From NCBI GenBank assembly GCA_040877915.1, contig JBBDNA010000012.1:41102-105101 (forward strand): 64,000 nt of DNA, written 5' to 3'. Under the pieces are notes generated by a model. That model was not told the DNA's origin. It ran no database searches and saw only the letters and a program-made list of their open reading frames with translations. This stretch comes from Dehalococcoidia bacterium (GTDB lineage: Bacteria > Chloroflexota > Dehalococcoidia > SM23-28-2 > RBG-16-64-32). This document shows, in pieces, positions 61,718 through 64,000 of the stretch. Position numbers and translations under genes: made by a program. Each line of letters opens with the position of its first letter. Position 1 is the stretch's first letter.

Positions 61718-61743
61718 GCCCCCGGGAGACCGGGGGCTTGTGG
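61718..61743 (+). terminator. hairpin terminator after 61413-61691
   Basis: GCCCCCGG-gaga-CCGGGGGC followed by TTGTGG (weak U tract). Confidence 0.5.
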
Positions 61744-61764
61744 CGTCTGCTGGCATACGGGCGG

Positions 61765-61793
61765 TTGACAGGTTTCCCGCATTCGATTATGAT
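61765..61793 (+). promoter_or_regulatory. sigma70-like promoter for the sulfite reductase/cysH genes
   Basis: TTGACA (61765-61770), a 17-nt spacer, TATGAT (61788-61793). Confidence 0.6.
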
Positions 61794-61852
61794 GTTGACT
61801 TACTGAGTCGGGAAAGTAGACTTACTCCCCGAGTCTAGACTGCGGGTGCCCC

Positions 61853-63670
61853 ATGCAGGTACAGGACAAGCCAGGCAAGACGCATCGATCTCACCCTTCG
61901 GTGCCGGCCGACCTCAAGCCGGGCCGCGTGTTCGTCACGCTCGACGAGGAGATCGACAACTTCGAGCGGGAGACGCGCCGCTACCGCTCGGACGAGGACG
62001 GCCTGCTCGACGAGTTCCGCCCCTTCCGCCTGATGCACGGCGTCTACGGCCAGCGGCAGGAGAACACCCAGATGATCCGCGTCAAGCTGCCCTACGGCGG
62101 CGTGTCCGCGGACCAGATGGACGCCTGCGCCGTCTTCGCCGAGAAGTACTCCGGCTATCGCCGCGGCCACATCACCACCCGCGAGAACTTCCAGTTCCAC
62201 TTCGTGCCCCTGGACGACGTGCCGGACGTCATGCGCCTCCTGGCCAGCGCCGGCCTGACGACGCGCGAGGCCTGCGGCAACACCGTCCGCAACATCACCG
62301 GCTGCCCCTACGCCGGGACTTGCGCCGACGAGGTGTTCGACGCCACGCCCTACCTCGTCGCCTACGGCCGGACGATGCTGCGCAACCCGATCTGCCAGCG
62401 CCTGCCCCGCAAGTGGAAGACGGCGTTCTCCAGCTGCGCCAGCGACTGCGCTGGCACGCCCTTCCACGACATGGGGTACATATCGAAGGTCAAGGTGGTG
62501 AACGGCCGCGAGGTCCGCGGCTTCGAGCTGCGCGTCGGCGGCGGACTCTCGACGATGCCCCGCCAGGCCGACACCATCTACGACTTCGTCCCCGTGGAGA
62601 ACGGCGAGTACATCCGCGTCACCGAGGCCATGCTCCGCGTCTTCGACAAGGAGGGCGGCCTGACCAACTTCCTGCGCAAGAACATGGCCAAGGCGCGGGT
62701 GAAGTTCCTGATCAAAGAGATCGGCATCGACGAGTTCCGGCGGCAGGTGGAGGAGGAGCTGGCCTACCCCTGGGCCAGGGAGCCGCTGGACATGGAGGCG
62801 CTGATACAGCTGGCGCCGGAGGGCCCTACCGCCGGCGAGCCGCCGAAGAACGGCCAGCCCGCCCCCGGCTTCGAACGCTGGCTCCAGACCAACCTCCGGC
62901 CCCAGAAGCAGGAGGGCTACGTGGCCGCCACGGTGACGGTGCCCATGGGCAACCTCTCGCCGGAGCAGTTCCGCGGCCTCGCCGACGTCATGCGCCGGTT
63001 CAGTGGCGGCACCGCCCGCACCCAGCAGAACCAGAATCTGGTGCTGCGCTGGGTGCGCGAGGACGCTCTCCCCGCGCTCCACGGCGCCCTCGTCGACCTG
63101 GAGCTGGGCGATCCCGAGGCCGGCCTCATCGCCGACCCTGTGGCCTGCCCCGGCACGGACAGCTGCAAGATGGGCATCACCTCGTCCCAGGGCATGGGTT
63201 ACGCCATTCGCGACGCCATCCTCGAGATGGGCATCGACGACCCGCTGGTCCAGGAGATGACGATAAAGGCCAGCGGCTGCCCCAACGGCTGCGCTCAGCA
63301 CCACCTCGCGGGCATCGGCCTGCAGGGGTCGTCGTTCAAGGCGGGAATGACCGCTATCCCCTGCTACGACGTGTTTCTGGGCGGCGGCAACTACATCGGC
63401 GGCGGCAAGTACGGCACCCGCGTGGCCCGCGTGCCGGCCAAGAAGGTGCCGGACGCCATCAAGAAGCTCATCTCCGTCTACCAGGCCGAGCGCAACGACG
63501 GCGAACCGTTCATCGAGTTCGTGGACCGGCGAGGCCCGAAGTCCTTCGACGAGATGCTCAACGAGTTCAAGGAAGTGGGCTCCGTGAGCGAGGAGATCGA
63601 CACCTACTTCGACTGGGGCAAGGAAGAGCTGTTCGAGGTTATCCGCGGCGAGGGCGAGTGCGCCCTGTAG
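61853..63670 (+). CDS. ferredoxin-type sulfite (or nitrite) reductase hemoprotein
   Basis: Siroheme/4Fe-4S Cys motifs CPGTDSCKMGI and SGCPNGCAQH, with the duplicated NIR_SIR layout. Confidence 0.92.
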   Translation: MQVQDKPGKTHRSHPSVPADLKPGRVFVTLDEEIDNFERETRRYRSDEDGLLDEFRPFRLMHGVYGQRQENTQMIRVKLPYGGVSADQMDACAVFAEKYSGYRRGHITTRENFQFHFVPLDDVPDVMRLLASAGLTTREACGNTVRNITGCPYAGTCADEVFDATPYLVAYGRTMLRNPICQRLPRKWKTAFSSCASDCAGTPFHDMGYISKVKVVNGREVRGFELRVGGGLSTMPRQADTIYDFVPVENGEYIRVTEAMLRVFDKEGGLTNFLRKNMAKARVKFLIKEIGIDEFRRQVEEELAYPWAREPLDMEALIQLAPEGPTAGEPPKNGQPAPGFERWLQTNLRPQKQEGYVAATVTVPMGNLSPEQFRGLADVMRRFSGGTARTQQNQNLVLRWVREDALPALHGALVDLELGDPEAGLIADPVACPGTDSCKMGITSSQGMGYAIRDAILEMGIDDPLVQEMTIKASGCPNGCAQHHLAGIGLQGSSFKAGMTAIPCYDVFLGGGNYIGGGKYGTRVARVPAKKVPDAIKKLISVYQAERNDGEPFIEFVDRRGPKSFDEMLNEFKEVGSVSEEIDTYFDWGKEELFEVIRGEGECAL

Positions 63671-63707
63671 CCGAAACGAATCGAATCATCGAAGGAGGGC
63701 AGACACG

Positions 63708-64000
63708 GTGACAAGCGAGGTAAAACCGGCGGCGTTCAGCCCCGATAAGCTGGAGTCGCTCAACAAGGAGCTGGCGGGCAAGCCGGCGGAGGAGATCATC
63801 CGCTGGGCGGCCGGCACGTTCGGCTCCGACATCACGCTGGCCAGCAGCTTCGGGGCCGAGGACGTCGTCGTCATCGACATGATCGCCAGGGTCGCGCCGG
63901 AGATCCCGGTGTTCACCCTGGACACCGGCCGCCTCCACCAGGAGACATACGACGTCATGGAGAGCGTCCGCGTGAAGTACGACCTGCCGATCGTCAGCAT
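63708..64000 (+). CDS. cysH: phosphoadenosine/adenosine phosphosulfate reductase (5' part, runs off the window)
   Basis: Absent from the ORF track because it has no stop. GTG at 63708 follows GAAGGAGGG. Translation VTSEVKPAAFSPDKLESLNKELAGKPAEEIIRWAAGTFGSDITLASSFGAEDVVVIDMI...FTLDTGRLHQETYDVM matches the CysH N-terminal region. Confidence 0.88.
   Translation, partial: MTSEVKPAAFSPDKLESLNKELAGKPAEEIIRWAAGTFGSDITLASSFGAEDVVVIDMIARVAPEIPVFTLDTGRLHQETYDVMESVRVKYDLPIVS

Overview
This window is 64 kb of GC-rich bacterial chromosome (about two-thirds G+C by eye). I call about 69 protein-coding genes. I found no rRNA, no complete tRNA, no CRISPR array and no recognisable transposase or integrase. 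The replication initiator dnaA lies at 36978-38372 and gyrB is 4.8 kb away, so the origin is probably inside the window. The canonical dnaA-dnaN-recF-gyrB order is absent. Housekeeping genes include rho, pyrG, purA, pepA, coaBC-coaX, obg-nadD, gyrB, trmO, ychF and murT-gatD. There is a co-directional run rpsO-pnp-dapB-(DsrE-like, SQR-like)-asd-dapA and a TlpA-like/ResB/lgt block. A sulfur block runs SAM-I riboswitch > ThrC-like > NIL > MoaD-like, then sulfite reductase > cysH further on. Several parts look accessory: (1) a lower-GC island of five secreted or membrane proteins (4.4-9.3 kb) ending in a thrombospondin-type-3/dockerin-like protein; (2) a surface protein built from seven 51-aa Cys-containing repeats; (3) a DegV-P-loop kinase fusion; (4) PNPase with a 122-aa Gly/Arg tail; (5) several families of GC-rich hairpin (REP-like) repeats; (6) a tRNA 3' fragment next to a lower-GC luciferase-like monooxygenase. 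Many long ORFs in the supplied track are antisense or out-of-frame shadows typical of high-GC DNA, and I do not call them. All functional calls rest on motifs recognised by eye; no database search was run. The lineage guess (a monoderm high-GC group such as Chloroflexota) is inference only.
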